A stretch of 64,000 nucleotides of DNA from Tagaea sp. (GTDB lineage: Bacteria > Pseudomonadota > Alphaproteobacteria > CACIAM-22H2): contig CBDIIB010000005.1 of assembly GCA_965279525.1 (NCBI GenBank), positions 320,001 to 384,000 on the forward strand, read 5' to 3'. The translations under genes and the position numbers were made by a program. This document shows, piece by piece, positions 29,054 to 37,770 of the stretch. Each line of letters opens with the position of its first letter. Within the stretch, counting starts at the first letter, position 1. Below the pieces are notes generated by a model. It ran no database searches and had not been told where the DNA came from. It saw only the letters and a list, made by a program, of their open reading frames with translations.

Positions 29054-29584
29054 ATGACGTCAATCCGCACGATAGCTCTAGTCATTTTCGGGCTGTTTAT
29101 TGGCGCCGCAAGTCCTTCTGGGCTCGCGTCCGAACCCTTGCCTAAGGGTTTCTTTGAGCTTCGAAATCTGGAGTTTTCTACATCGTTTCAGGATGAAACC
29201 GGGCGACCGGTATCTTTAGAAAGTTTTCGAGGAAGAGTTGTGGTTCTGAATTTATGGGCAACATGGTGCGCGCCCTGTATCAAAGAGATGCCATCTCTAG
29301 ATCGGCTCTCGAAAGTACTCCCTGCCGATAAATTCGCGGTCGTAGCAGTGAGTCAAGACAATGCCGGTGTCCTCGTAGCGAAGCCTTTTTTGGCTAAACT
29401 TGGCGTGATGATGGTCAATTCCTATTTTGATCCAAGGGGCCGTGTATCACGGGACCTCAGCGCAAGAGGGCTTCCCACAACCGTCATTGTTAGCAGCAAG
29501 GGGACGTTAATTTCGCGCCTCGAAGGCGCGATTGAATGGGACGCGCAAGAGGTGGTTTCGTACCTTAAGTCGCTTACTCATTAG
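29054..29584 (+). CDS. TlpA/ResA-family extracytoplasmic thioredoxin
   Basis: N-terminal hydrophobic anchor/signal; LNLWATWCAPCIKEMPSL and GLPTT motifs. Confidence 0.92.
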   Translation: MTSIRTIALVIFGLFIGAASPSGLASEPLPKGFFELRNLEFSTSFQDETGRPVSLESFRGRVVVLNLWATWCAPCIKEMPSLDRLSKVLPADKFAVVAVSQDNAGVLVAKPFLAKLGVMMVNSYFDPRGRVSRDLSARGLPTTVIVSSKGTLISRLEGAIEWDAQEVVSYLKSLTH

Positions 29585-29647
29585 CCTTGCCCTCCTCTGT
29601 TGTTTCCCTTAAAGTTTTTTTAAGTTAATTTTGTGTGGGGGAACGCC

Positions 29648-29995
29648 ATGAAACTATTGGTTGGTTTTGTCTTTGCGGTATTCGCACTTTTTGCGGTCGC
29701 AAACCCTCCTGCCAATGCATCTGACGGATGCGTTGTGATAAAGTCTTCGCAATTGATGGCAGCCGAAATCAATGAATTGGGCTCGCCAGACGCAAAGTTC
29801 GCCATCGCCTCTTTGGAATCTTTCGCCAATGGAGCTGTTGAGAAGATTGCCAAAGAATCATCGGTCGGCAATCAAGGAAGCACCATTCAACTCGCTCAAA
29901 GCCGTAGCACCGGCTGCTCTTCCGGTTGCTCCAACGGGTGCTCCACCGGTTGCTCTGTCGGTTGTTCCGTTGGCTGTTCAGTAGGTTGTCGATAG
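29648..29995 (+). CDS. Secreted Cys-rich repeat peptide (115 aa) with C-terminal (xGCS)7-type tail; candidate precursor or metal-binding peptide
   Basis: GGGGGA RBS; Sec-type signal ending ANA; tail TGCSSGCSNGCSTGCSVGCSVGCSVGCR with synonymously diverged codons. Confidence 0.85.
   Translation: MKLLVGFVFAVFALFAVANPPANASDGCVVIKSSQLMAAEINELGSPDAKFAIASLESFANGAVEKIAKESSVGNQGSTIQLAQSRSTGCSSGCSNGCSTGCSVGCSVGCSVGCR
29909..29992 (+). repeat. Degenerate 12-bp tandem repeat x7 encoding xGCS
   Basis: accggctgctct tccggttgctcc aacgggtgctcc accggttgctct gtcggttgttcc gttggctgttca gtaggttgtcga. Confidence 0.9.
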
Positions 29996-30027
29996 TTGAT
30001 CCAGTGTCGTTAGTTTCTCAGTAGCTA

Positions 30028-32706
30028 TTGGCGAGTTTATCGACACATGCACGGCCCGGTTGGCAAGACCGGGCCGTTTGCATTTGGGCCGTAGCACTCA
30101 CAGCCACCTCGGCTTTTGCTATAGTTGATGCCAGTGAAGTTGCCGCACATTCCGCCGCGCTAGTTGGATTTCTTTTCCCGTCCAGGACTAGCCAAATTAG
30201 GCGAGTGGTATTGGTGCTCTTGGCAACAATTGGTTGGATGTTCGGTCCAACGTCTCTAATTGCTACAACTACGGGAATGCTTCTGATCGTTGCTATGGCA
30301 GATACAGCCATCGCCTTTGCATTTGCGATATGCACATGCGCATTTCTAGGTCACCACTTTCAGTCAATCGAGAGAATTTCGGGGCTAACTTTTCATATAG
30401 GCTCTTCGCCGTTTATTATTCTTCCTGCAATTGTCGCCTGCACATCTCTCAATTGGCGAATTGGATGGAGTGGCGTTCTCACTATCTTACTAGCCGCTAC
30501 AACTGTGCTCATCGGTATAAATTTGTCGGCAGCAATATGGATCAATCACAACACTTTGACATCTCAATATTTCCGACTGGCGGCTTCCGTGCTGCCGATT
30601 GCTATCGCAGCGCTCGCAGTTAGTTCGGGATCTACGCAATGCTTAAAAATGCCTTCTGTCTTTTGGATGCTCGGCGGCGTGACTATTGGCGCACTAGTCA
30701 CATTTGCTGCGCCCCAGTTTCCAGTCTCCCAGATCGTTTTTGACGAGGCTCATGGTCGCTGGGAAACCGTCAGGGCAACATTCGGTCCTAACGATTTCGG
30801 ACGCAGCGCAAACTACACATATAGCCTTCTAGAAAGGCATGCTGATCGTCTCGTAGGTTCTACTACCCTGGACAATGAGGGGGATTCGTTACCCCCCCAT
30901 GCCCTATTTGTATTGAAAATGCCCACAACGGCACTTTCAGATGAATTTTCCAGCCGACTTTATCAATGGATTTCCGATGGAGGGCGCCTATTGGTAGTGG
31001 CCGACCACACTGACCTCTACGACACTACTCAGAACTTGAATTTGTTTTTGCAGCTACTAGGCGTCAGCATAAATTCGGACGCGGTGTTTGATACGCGCGG
31101 AATGCCGACCGTCCCTGAGACGGAACAGTTCGCCTTTTTTCTGGGCCGCATAGACGCTTACGCAAAACCGCTTCCTTGGCAGACGGGTGCAAGCTTCGGA
31201 AGATTGCCCGCGAACGCCGTGGAGTTAGCGTCCTATGGGCCATCTTTCTCGGAGCCCGGCGACTATTCTCGCCCGAATCGCTTTGGCCCCTTCTTGCCAC
31301 GCTCCACTCTTCGCTTCACAAAACATACGGCAGTTGCGGCCTTCTCTGTTGGGGCGGGAGCAGTTGCCATCATTCTTGACAGCACGCCGTGGTCAAATTT
31401 TTCGATCTTTATTGACCAATATACGCGACTATTCCGATCTATCGTTTTCGCACTAAGCAATCCTATCGCAATAAAAATCTGGGGGTGGGCCGCACTGCTT
31501 CTGCCAATTGCGGGCATAGCTGTTCTGGTTTGGAGAACACGCACGATACTTGTTCTAGGTGGCGCCGTATTAGGTCTTGTCGTTGGTGCAGCTAGCCAGA
31601 TTGGTGCCCTATCTCATTTAATGCCGGTTGAGGGGCGGGATTTTGGATTGAAAGTTCAACTAGGAAACTCCGCTCGACTGGAGTTCTTGAAGCAACTTGT
31701 TGGGTCAGGAGACCGAAATTTTTCGCGAATTATTTCTGCCATGGCGAAGTACGGCCTTAATCCTTCGGCAGAGCTCCCAGGCACTGATGCTCAAACAATT
31801 TCTACCGCGAAGCGATGGCTTTTTATTCAGCCAGAGTTTCGCACTCTTCCAAATATTCAAGTCGTCCTGCGTCACCTCAAGGCTGGTGGCGATCTCACAA
31901 TTCTGTTTGGCCCAGAACAAGGGCAGAGCATGGAAATCGAAACTTGGCTGCGTTCGTTAGGGCTTAATTTGCGAAAGACTGTGGCGTTAGCTGTAGCAGA
32001 AGATGCGTATCTCGATCAGGGTGGATTGCTTACTCGCAGAGGACCATCGATCATCCGCGACGTACGGCCGGTCACTTCTGCTCTTCCAACCAGTATTCTG
32101 AAGCCTCACGATGGTGATCAGTTCTTTCAGTCTTATACATTGCGGCCGACTACGCTGCCCCGCACTAGTGGCCGGCTAACAGTAGGGTTCTCGGCCGATC
32201 AATTCTCAGATGATGCAGTAGGCGAAGTATGGGAGGGGACGAATCCTGCATCTATCGGGCGGTTGCGCGAACGGCAACTTGCATCCGCATTATTGGGGGA
32301 GGATTTCCCCGCACCATTCCCCAGCGAACTTGCCTATGTGCAGGCAAAAAAAGAGGGTAAAGCGCTTACTTCGTATCTAGTAATGGAGGATGGACGCACA
32401 ATCATTACGGGAAAATTCGAATCAGTTGAGAACACTACTGAAAATGTAGCTGCTATAAATCCGTCCGCCAATCCGGTGGGATATTTGCAGGACCTGCGCT
32501 CACGGGCACTGTCATTCGTTGACTTAAATTGCCCTCTAAGCGGCAAGGTCACATTCTGCGAGCGTCGAATGCTCGGCCCCGATATGACTGAATGGATGGT
32601 TTCCTGGGCGGCAGATATGAACGGAGCGCCGGTGGCGCTGGAGCTACTGCACGAGCGGCGGTTTTCGGGCCTCGGTAGCACGGTCAATGTTGTCTTTGGC
32701 GAGTAG
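30028..32706 (+). CDS. Large polytopic membrane protein with a DUF4350/class-I-GATase-like soluble domain (hypothetical)
   Basis: About 7-8 N-terminal hydrophobic segments, then IVFDEAHGRWE, GGRLLVVADHTD and IILDSTPWSN motifs, two more TMs and a C-terminal domain; start codon uncertain. Confidence 0.75.
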   Translation: MASLSTHARPGWQDRAVCIWAVALTATSAFAIVDASEVAAHSAALVGFLFPSRTSQIRRVVLVLLATIGWMFGPTSLIATTTGMLLIVAMADTAIAFAFAICTCAFLGHHFQSIERISGLTFHIGSSPFIILPAIVACTSLNWRIGWSGVLTILLAATTVLIGINLSAAIWINHNTLTSQYFRLAASVLPIAIAALAVSSGSTQCLKMPSVFWMLGGVTIGALVTFAAPQFPVSQIVFDEAHGRWETVRATFGPNDFGRSANYTYSLLERHADRLVGSTTLDNEGDSLPPHALFVLKMPTTALSDEFSSRLYQWISDGGRLLVVADHTDLYDTTQNLNLFLQLLGVSINSDAVFDTRGMPTVPETEQFAFFLGRIDAYAKPLPWQTGASFGRLPANAVELASYGPSFSEPGDYSRPNRFGPFLPRSTLRFTKHTAVAAFSVGAGAVAIILDSTPWSNFSIFIDQYTRLFRSIVFALSNPIAIKIWGWAALLLPIAGIAVLVWRTRTILVLGGAVLGLVVGAASQIGALSHLMPVEGRDFGLKVQLGNSARLEFLKQLVGSGDRNFSRIISAMAKYGLNPSAELPGTDAQTISTAKRWLFIQPEFRTLPNIQVVLRHLKAGGDLTILFGPEQGQSMEIETWLRSLGLNLRKTVALAVAEDAYLDQGGLLTRRGPSIIRDVRPVTSALPTSILKPHDGDQFFQSYTLRPTTLPRTSGRLTVGFSADQFSDDAVGEVWEGTNPASIGRLRERQLASALLGEDFPAPFPSELAYVQAKKEGKALTSYLVMEDGRTIITGKFESVENTTENVAAINPSANPVGYLQDLRSRALSFVDLNCPLSGKVTFCERRMLGPDMTEWMVSWAADMNGAPVALELLHERRFSGLGSTVNVVFGE

Positions 32707-34636
32707 CCGCCGAAGCGCCGCCTTCGCGGCGGTTGCGTCCGCCGCAGCGCATGCCTTTCCATTGGCCGCGCCATGGAGTCTGGTACTCCTTTTAGTGCCA
32801 TTTAGTGTTGGCCTGTTTGTTTTACGTAAGAGATCGAATCGCATCATTTGGCTGGTTCTTTGCACAAGCATTGCTGGCGCTGTTCTTGCCGGTATAGCTC
32901 CGGCACCAATTGCCATTGCATCTCTCTCCTTCACAGTATTGATATTTGTTGGCGCAGCTAGCGTCGGAGCTGCGCTGCTACTACTCAACATGTCTGTGAT
33001 TGGTAGTGCTGAGATGATGCTCGCACAGACGCTTGATATGATCGGACTAGAAGCAGCTGCGCCAGCAATGTTGACAACGGCAGTCTTGGTGATCGCTCGA
33101 CCCTCCGCTATTTCCGCTGGGGTTTGTTTAGCGGCAGTCTCCGCAATAGCTGCTCTTGTTGCTGACAAAATCGCCTCTCACCCGTATGCATTAATGATCG
33201 CCGCAGCAGTTCCGGCCACCATCTTTTCTGTTGTCGTATGTTTTGTTTCCGAGTCTTCACCAAGAGCCCGCTCTCTCGTGTTTATTGCCATTGCTTTCGG
33301 CTTGCTACTGCCTTGGGCAGCTACTCCCCCGAGATCGTGGGGCGAGATATTTGTTCTATTGCCAGATGCATCGGACACATACGAGGCACAGTTCTTTAAG
33401 AACTATACCGACGCCCTCAGATTTGCAGGCATACGAGCGGAGAGGGTTACTCGACTAAACGACATACCATCAAGATCATTGGTACTCATGCCGTGGACAT
33501 CCGCAGATTTTAAATCTGCGGATGACAACGAGATGCTCAAAAGCATAGGGCAGCTAGCTCAAGGTCATCAATGGACCGTTATCGTAGGCGGGGAGCATAC
33601 CAACTTGGGCGGTGCGGCGGACCGGATAGAAGCCATGAGCGGAAAGCCTTTTCTGCGCCGAGACCTCACAGTGCCGCCGTACAATACTGATGACTCTGGT
33701 CCTTTACACGTCTCTGATCTTCGTGAGTGGCCGCATGGAAGTATTTTGAATCGCGGCGCAAGCGTCGAAATAATGTCGCTTCTCGATAAAGTGCTGTTAG
33801 CCGGAGACGGATGGTGGGCAGAGCCCGACTTGGGCGAATGGCTGTGGGTCGGTGACTATATTTGGCGTTCAGGAGAGCGCGCCGGCCGAATGGCCTTGGC
33901 AATCGCTTCAGATTCAGGCGGTGCCCGCTGGATCATTGTTGGCGACAATAGCTTTTTCCTAAGTAACCAAATTTACGCTGATCCACGTACTTTGCTTCGA
34001 TTGATTGAACTCGCCTCGCTTTGGCCTGCTCTTGTTAAAGACATTGCGATTGGATTTCTCGCTATAGCAGGTTGCTTGCTTATGCTTGCTCACGTCACGT
34101 TAGCCGAAGCTAGCATCACGATGTCTTCCGTCTTTTTTGTAGTTTCTGGCATCTATATATTTCTATTTCCAACACCAGAGAGCAGTAGGTGGAGGGATAC
34201 ATACGTTGACCAAATTGGATTTGATGAAAGAAATTTCAACCTGGCATTCACGGAGAGCCCGCTACTTACAAACAGTAGGCGCCTGATGCGATTGAAGGGT
34301 TCATTCACCGGTGAATTTGAAGTTCCTCACGGAAACGCAATTATCTTTTTGCACGTTGATGGAACGATGACGGCTGGCAAAGCACGACTTACTAACTGCC
34401 GCCGGCTAGGTGCGCTTGCGCTTGAAGAAGGGCCGTACCTGATGGACGCCCAAGCCTGCCGCGTTACAGGTGCGGATAGAATTTTGATTGGTACTCCAGA
34501 AGCTGCTGTCGCATTTTCGATTCAATACGGATTGTCTGAAGCAATTTTTATTCTGGACACCGTCTTTCTAGGGCAAAAGGCGCCATCGAGTAATGCGGAT
34601 TGGTTGATTCGGGAGATGGCGATTGAGAAACGATAA
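32687..34636 (+). CDS. Polytopic membrane protein, apparent paralogue of the upstream gene (hypothetical)
   Basis: Overlaps the upstream stop; N-terminal TM block, then VIVGGEHTNLGG and WIIVGDNSFFLSN motifs, two TMs and a C-terminal domain. Confidence 0.75.
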   Translation: MLSLASSRRSAAFAAVASAAAHAFPLAAPWSLVLLLVPFSVGLFVLRKRSNRIIWLVLCTSIAGAVLAGIAPAPIAIASLSFTVLIFVGAASVGAALLLLNMSVIGSAEMMLAQTLDMIGLEAAAPAMLTTAVLVIARPSAISAGVCLAAVSAIAALVADKIASHPYALMIAAAVPATIFSVVVCFVSESSPRARSLVFIAIAFGLLLPWAATPPRSWGEIFVLLPDASDTYEAQFFKNYTDALRFAGIRAERVTRLNDIPSRSLVLMPWTSADFKSADDNEMLKSIGQLAQGHQWTVIVGGEHTNLGGAADRIEAMSGKPFLRRDLTVPPYNTDDSGPLHVSDLREWPHGSILNRGASVEIMSLLDKVLLAGDGWWAEPDLGEWLWVGDYIWRSGERAGRMALAIASDSGGARWIIVGDNSFFLSNQIYADPRTLLRLIELASLWPALVKDIAIGFLAIAGCLLMLAHVTLAEASITMSSVFFVVSGIYIFLFPTPESSRWRDTYVDQIGFDERNFNLAFTESPLLTNSRRLMRLKGSFTGEFEVPHGNAIIFLHVDGTMTAGKARLTNCRRLGALALEEGPYLMDAQACRVTGADRILIGTPEAAVAFSIQYGLSEAIFILDTVFLGQKAPSSNADWLIREMAIEKR

Positions 34637-34646
34637 ATCGCCTACG

Positions 34647-35063
34647 ATGATTGGACTACTGCCAGGTGGCGTGCCTCAACGGGAACCGTACCCTTCGGAA
34701 GACGTGTTTTTTAAAAGAAATATGCACATCTCAGGATTGGCAGCCGAAGATAATTCGGTTGTTCTAAACCCGTACAGCAATCTCTCTCCGACAGAGCGTC
34801 GCTGCGTTGCACTTAACGAAGCCGCCAGAGTTGTTATGCGGCGAGACCCTGAGTTGCAGCCCATATTCGATCTCACACCCGAACAGCTTGCTTCCTTCCA
34901 GAGCTACGGTCCCTTAGATAGCGTCAGAGCTACCGTAGCAGCGCGAATTCTTTCAGGTGATCCTAGTGCGTTGAGACCGACCGTCGACCAAACTAAGTTT
35001 GTGAAGAAACTCGCCACCGCGATGGGCCTCAAGAAGCGTAAGGCGGCCCCTTCCCCTGGCTAG
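34647..35063 (+). CDS. Hypothetical protein (possibly phage-related)
   Basis: Open frame of ~138 aa with natural composition immediately after the membrane-protein genes. Confidence 0.6.
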   Translation: MIGLLPGGVPQREPYPSEDVFFKRNMHISGLAAEDNSVVLNPYSNLSPTERRCVALNEAARVVMRRDPELQPIFDLTPEQLASFQSYGPLDSVRATVAARILSGDPSALRPTVDQTKFVKKLATAMGLKKRKAAPSPG

Positions 35064-35131
35064 TAACACGGGGGGGTTCAAAATGAACTTTCTTTGGTTC
35101 TATTTGGCGCGGGGGTCCTATAGACCCACAC

Positions 35132-35385
35132 TGTCCGTCGTCAGAATAATCGGGACGTTTTGAGGCGGCTGTTAACGGAGGCTTCGGCGCATCTGCGTTG
35201 GCAGTATTGGCGGTCGCTTGCCGATGCCAGCAAGCGGCGGTGCTCGATGGTTCTGCGCTTGATCGTCTCCCTCCTTTCCAGAATGGCCTGCCCACGTTCG
35301 GTATAGACGTTGGCCCGCGCGAGGATACTGAGGCGCTCGTGGTATCGGCAGTAGTTGTAGTGATCGACGAAGCTGCCGATGCTCG
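35132..35385 (-). pseudogene. IS3-family transposase C-terminal remnant with adjacent IS end
   Basis: IGSFVDHYNYCRYHERL...VYTERGQAILERRETIKRRTIEHRRL resembles IS3 OrfB C-termini; TGTCCGTCGTCAGA end-like sequence at 35132. Confidence 0.7.
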
Positions 35386-35397
35386 CGTAGTGAAGAG

Positions 35398-35631
35398 TCA
35401 CTTCGCAGCAGTTGCCCTGAAACGCCCCCCAGTCAGAGCGGCGCGTAACTCTTTCTGGAACCGCCCCTGTATCTGAATCGTACCCTTCTTGGGCCACCAG
35501 TTGAGTATTTGCCCAAGGTCAGTCGTGAACGTCGCCCGCCCATCCTGGCCGCCCAAAGCCCAAGTACCGACGATACCGAGCCGAGTGATCTCATTGCGTA
35601 GCTCACTGATGGTTCCTACGAATGGCTCCAT
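35398..35631 (-). CDS. Small hypothetical protein (77 aa)
   Basis: AAGGA RBS upstream; LNWWPKKGTIQIQG motif. Confidence 0.55.
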   Translation of the reverse strand: MEPFVGTISELRNEITRLGIVGTWALGGQDGRATFTTDLGQILNWWPKKGTIQIQGRFQKELRAALTGGRFRATAAK

Positions 35632-36086
35632 TCGATGTGATCCTTCTCTGTTGACGGTCGGCTAGGCCCCGTTGCCATGCCATTCGAGTCAGGAGAGTCG
35701 CCACACACTGGCAACCACCCTCTTGGTACCTACCTAGCCAGATTGGAACGGCCGACTCAGTGACTCTCTAATGGCGATTGAGGCCCTATGGACTTGGGCT
35801 TTCTAGGACCCCCGTGGGGGATATGCCTTGCCTCGTGTGCCTGCCTTATTGGCAGATCAGAAGGGGCATCTCCTGTTAAGGCCTTGATACTGAGTCATTG
35901 TCCGTAACAGTGACCATCGAATCCAGTAACTGATCTTAGTTATAGTTATTACTATTATTCTTCTCGCAAAAAGGGCCGTAATTTCCCTCGGATCTAGGCG
36001 GTCTCTCCCTTTCTATCTTCCAAATTCATCCCTACAGCACCCTTACAATGGGGTAGTGCGCTTCCAACCGTGGGCGAAGCCCACAG

Positions 36087-37532
36087 TCACACCAACTCCT
36101 TCCGATAGGCCCCCCGAAGGGGGTAATCATTCTTTCCATCCGAGATCATAAACAGACTGGCATCCATAAGATTGGATCCATCGATCATCTGCTTACCGTC
36201 ACGATCTGTGATCTTCAGGCTAATCAGTACCCCGAATCGTTCCTGGAACACTTGGACCATGACCCTCTGAAGCTCCTCAGAACGCTCCTCCGCAATGATG
36301 AAGCTGTCGTGGACCGGGAGTACGGGGATCCCTTCGTCTGCGAAGTGCAGCATGACCGTCTCTGCGAGCTGGCTCTCCCAGAACTGCATGGTCTTGCCTA
36401 CGCCCGTATGGAACAGGTCGCTCAGCGGAGCGAAGTGCAATTTGACCCTCTCGACGAACTCGCCCCGTGTGACGCCGAGTACTGTCTCGTCATAACCCTC
36501 TTCCAGGTCGAAGCTCTTGAGATGAGGTTGACGAACCCATCCCCTCTTATCGTTGATCAGGGCATTGAAGGTCTTCTTCACCCATATCCGAACGATTGGC
36601 GGGGCATCCGGGAACGCGTCGTACACATCGGCAGGAATTGGCATGCTCCGGGATGCGTAGAGCATGCTCGGGTGTAGGCCGACATAGTCCACTTCGACCG
36701 TCTGATACCCATCGATGGTCAGATATGGTCGGTACTCCTTAGGCATGTTCTGCCATGAGGATTGGAAGAATCGACCACCGCGCTGGAAGCTTGCATCGTT
36801 GAACTTGCGCACAAGAGTTCGCTTGCGTGGATCGAATGGTCGACGGAGCTTCGTGCCTATCATGCGCCGGTTGAGATCGATCAAATCGCCGGGCAAGAGA
36901 TCCATTGCAATCTTGGAGTCTCGGAGTACCGCGTTGATGGTCCCAATATTCGCCCGCTTCGCCTCTGTTTCAGGCGTCGGATCGAACTGGATCGGTTTCT
37001 TCATCGCGTCCCGAAGCTCGATATCCGCGTGCCAGTGGTCAACGTGCTCGATCTCATCTGGGGAGAAATCGGGAATTGCTACGATCCGCTCGATCAGGCT
37101 CGGCGTAGCTCGTATCTTCGTGTTGAAGTACATCGCGGCACTCGGCGCATACAATCCTTTCTTGGCAATCTCGATAAGCCCGGCAGTCCGCAGTCCTTCG
37201 TACGCTTGGATCATCGGGCGATAGGTTATCCCTCGCTGGGCATATCGACTGGTTGCCGCATATTTGCTCCGATTGAGATCGATGCCGACGGTGCACCCGG
37301 GCAGATTTTCATGCGCAAGAATCAGGTTCAGAAGGAGAGCGCGAAGAGCTGCAGTAAGGCGTTCAAGCTCCATCTTGGAGCGCTTGCGACGACCCGAAGC
37401 CGTGTCAATCTCAGTGGCGATCTGTGAGACGAGGACATCGAAGCCCTCGTTCTCAATCACGTAGCTGGGGTCAATCGGAACAGAAAGTATTTGGGACGGG
37501 CTGACTGCATCACTCAAGTTGCGATCCTTCAT
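36087..37532 (-). CDS. Stand-alone superfamily-A polymerase-like protein (PolA/T7-RNAP-type palm; TV-Pol-like)
   Basis: GGRFF..WQN, motif A VEVDYVGLHP, motif B-like KKTFNALIN, QFWES and motif C PVHDSFII; no exonuclease domain evident. Confidence 0.7.
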   Translation of the reverse strand: MKDRNLSDAVSPSQILSVPIDPSYVIENEGFDVLVSQIATEIDTASGRRKRSKMELERLTAALRALLLNLILAHENLPGCTVGIDLNRSKYAATSRYAQRGITYRPMIQAYEGLRTAGLIEIAKKGLYAPSAAMYFNTKIRATPSLIERIVAIPDFSPDEIEHVDHWHADIELRDAMKKPIQFDPTPETEAKRANIGTINAVLRDSKIAMDLLPGDLIDLNRRMIGTKLRRPFDPRKRTLVRKFNDASFQRGGRFFQSSWQNMPKEYRPYLTIDGYQTVEVDYVGLHPSMLYASRSMPIPADVYDAFPDAPPIVRIWVKKTFNALINDKRGWVRQPHLKSFDLEEGYDETVLGVTRGEFVERVKLHFAPLSDLFHTGVGKTMQFWESQLAETVMLHFADEGIPVLPVHDSFIIAEERSEELQRVMVQVFQERFGVLISLKITDRDGKQMIDGSNLMDASLFMISDGKNDYPLRGAYRKELV

Positions 37533-37770
37533 GGCAGCAAAGGACGCAAGGGGCGTCGTCGCCCAACGACGTCCTTAGATTCTGAGATGAGATTGACTTG
37601 AGGCAGTGGCAAGACCGAGTCTTCGCGTGCTGCCTACATATTACTTGGGCATCACGCGGAGACTTTTCAAGTGAGTGACGATGAATTTCTCACATCGCAG
37701 TTTCACCCGCCCCTGTCTTTGGCAGTGAAGCTCGAAGGGACTTGGAAATCCCCGTTGAGGCTAGGCCCTT

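Noticed and set aside
29909-29992. 12-bp tandem repeat as a CRISPR array or VNTR
   Set aside because: No spacers or cas genes; variation is mostly synonymous within an ORF, so it is a coding repeat.
29054-34636. Classical radical-SAM (ranthipeptide/CXXX-repeat) or lanthipeptide cluster
   Set aside because: No CxxxCxxC radical SAM, LanB/C/M, YcaO or peptidase-ABC exporter motif seen, and the peptide carries a Sec-type signal.
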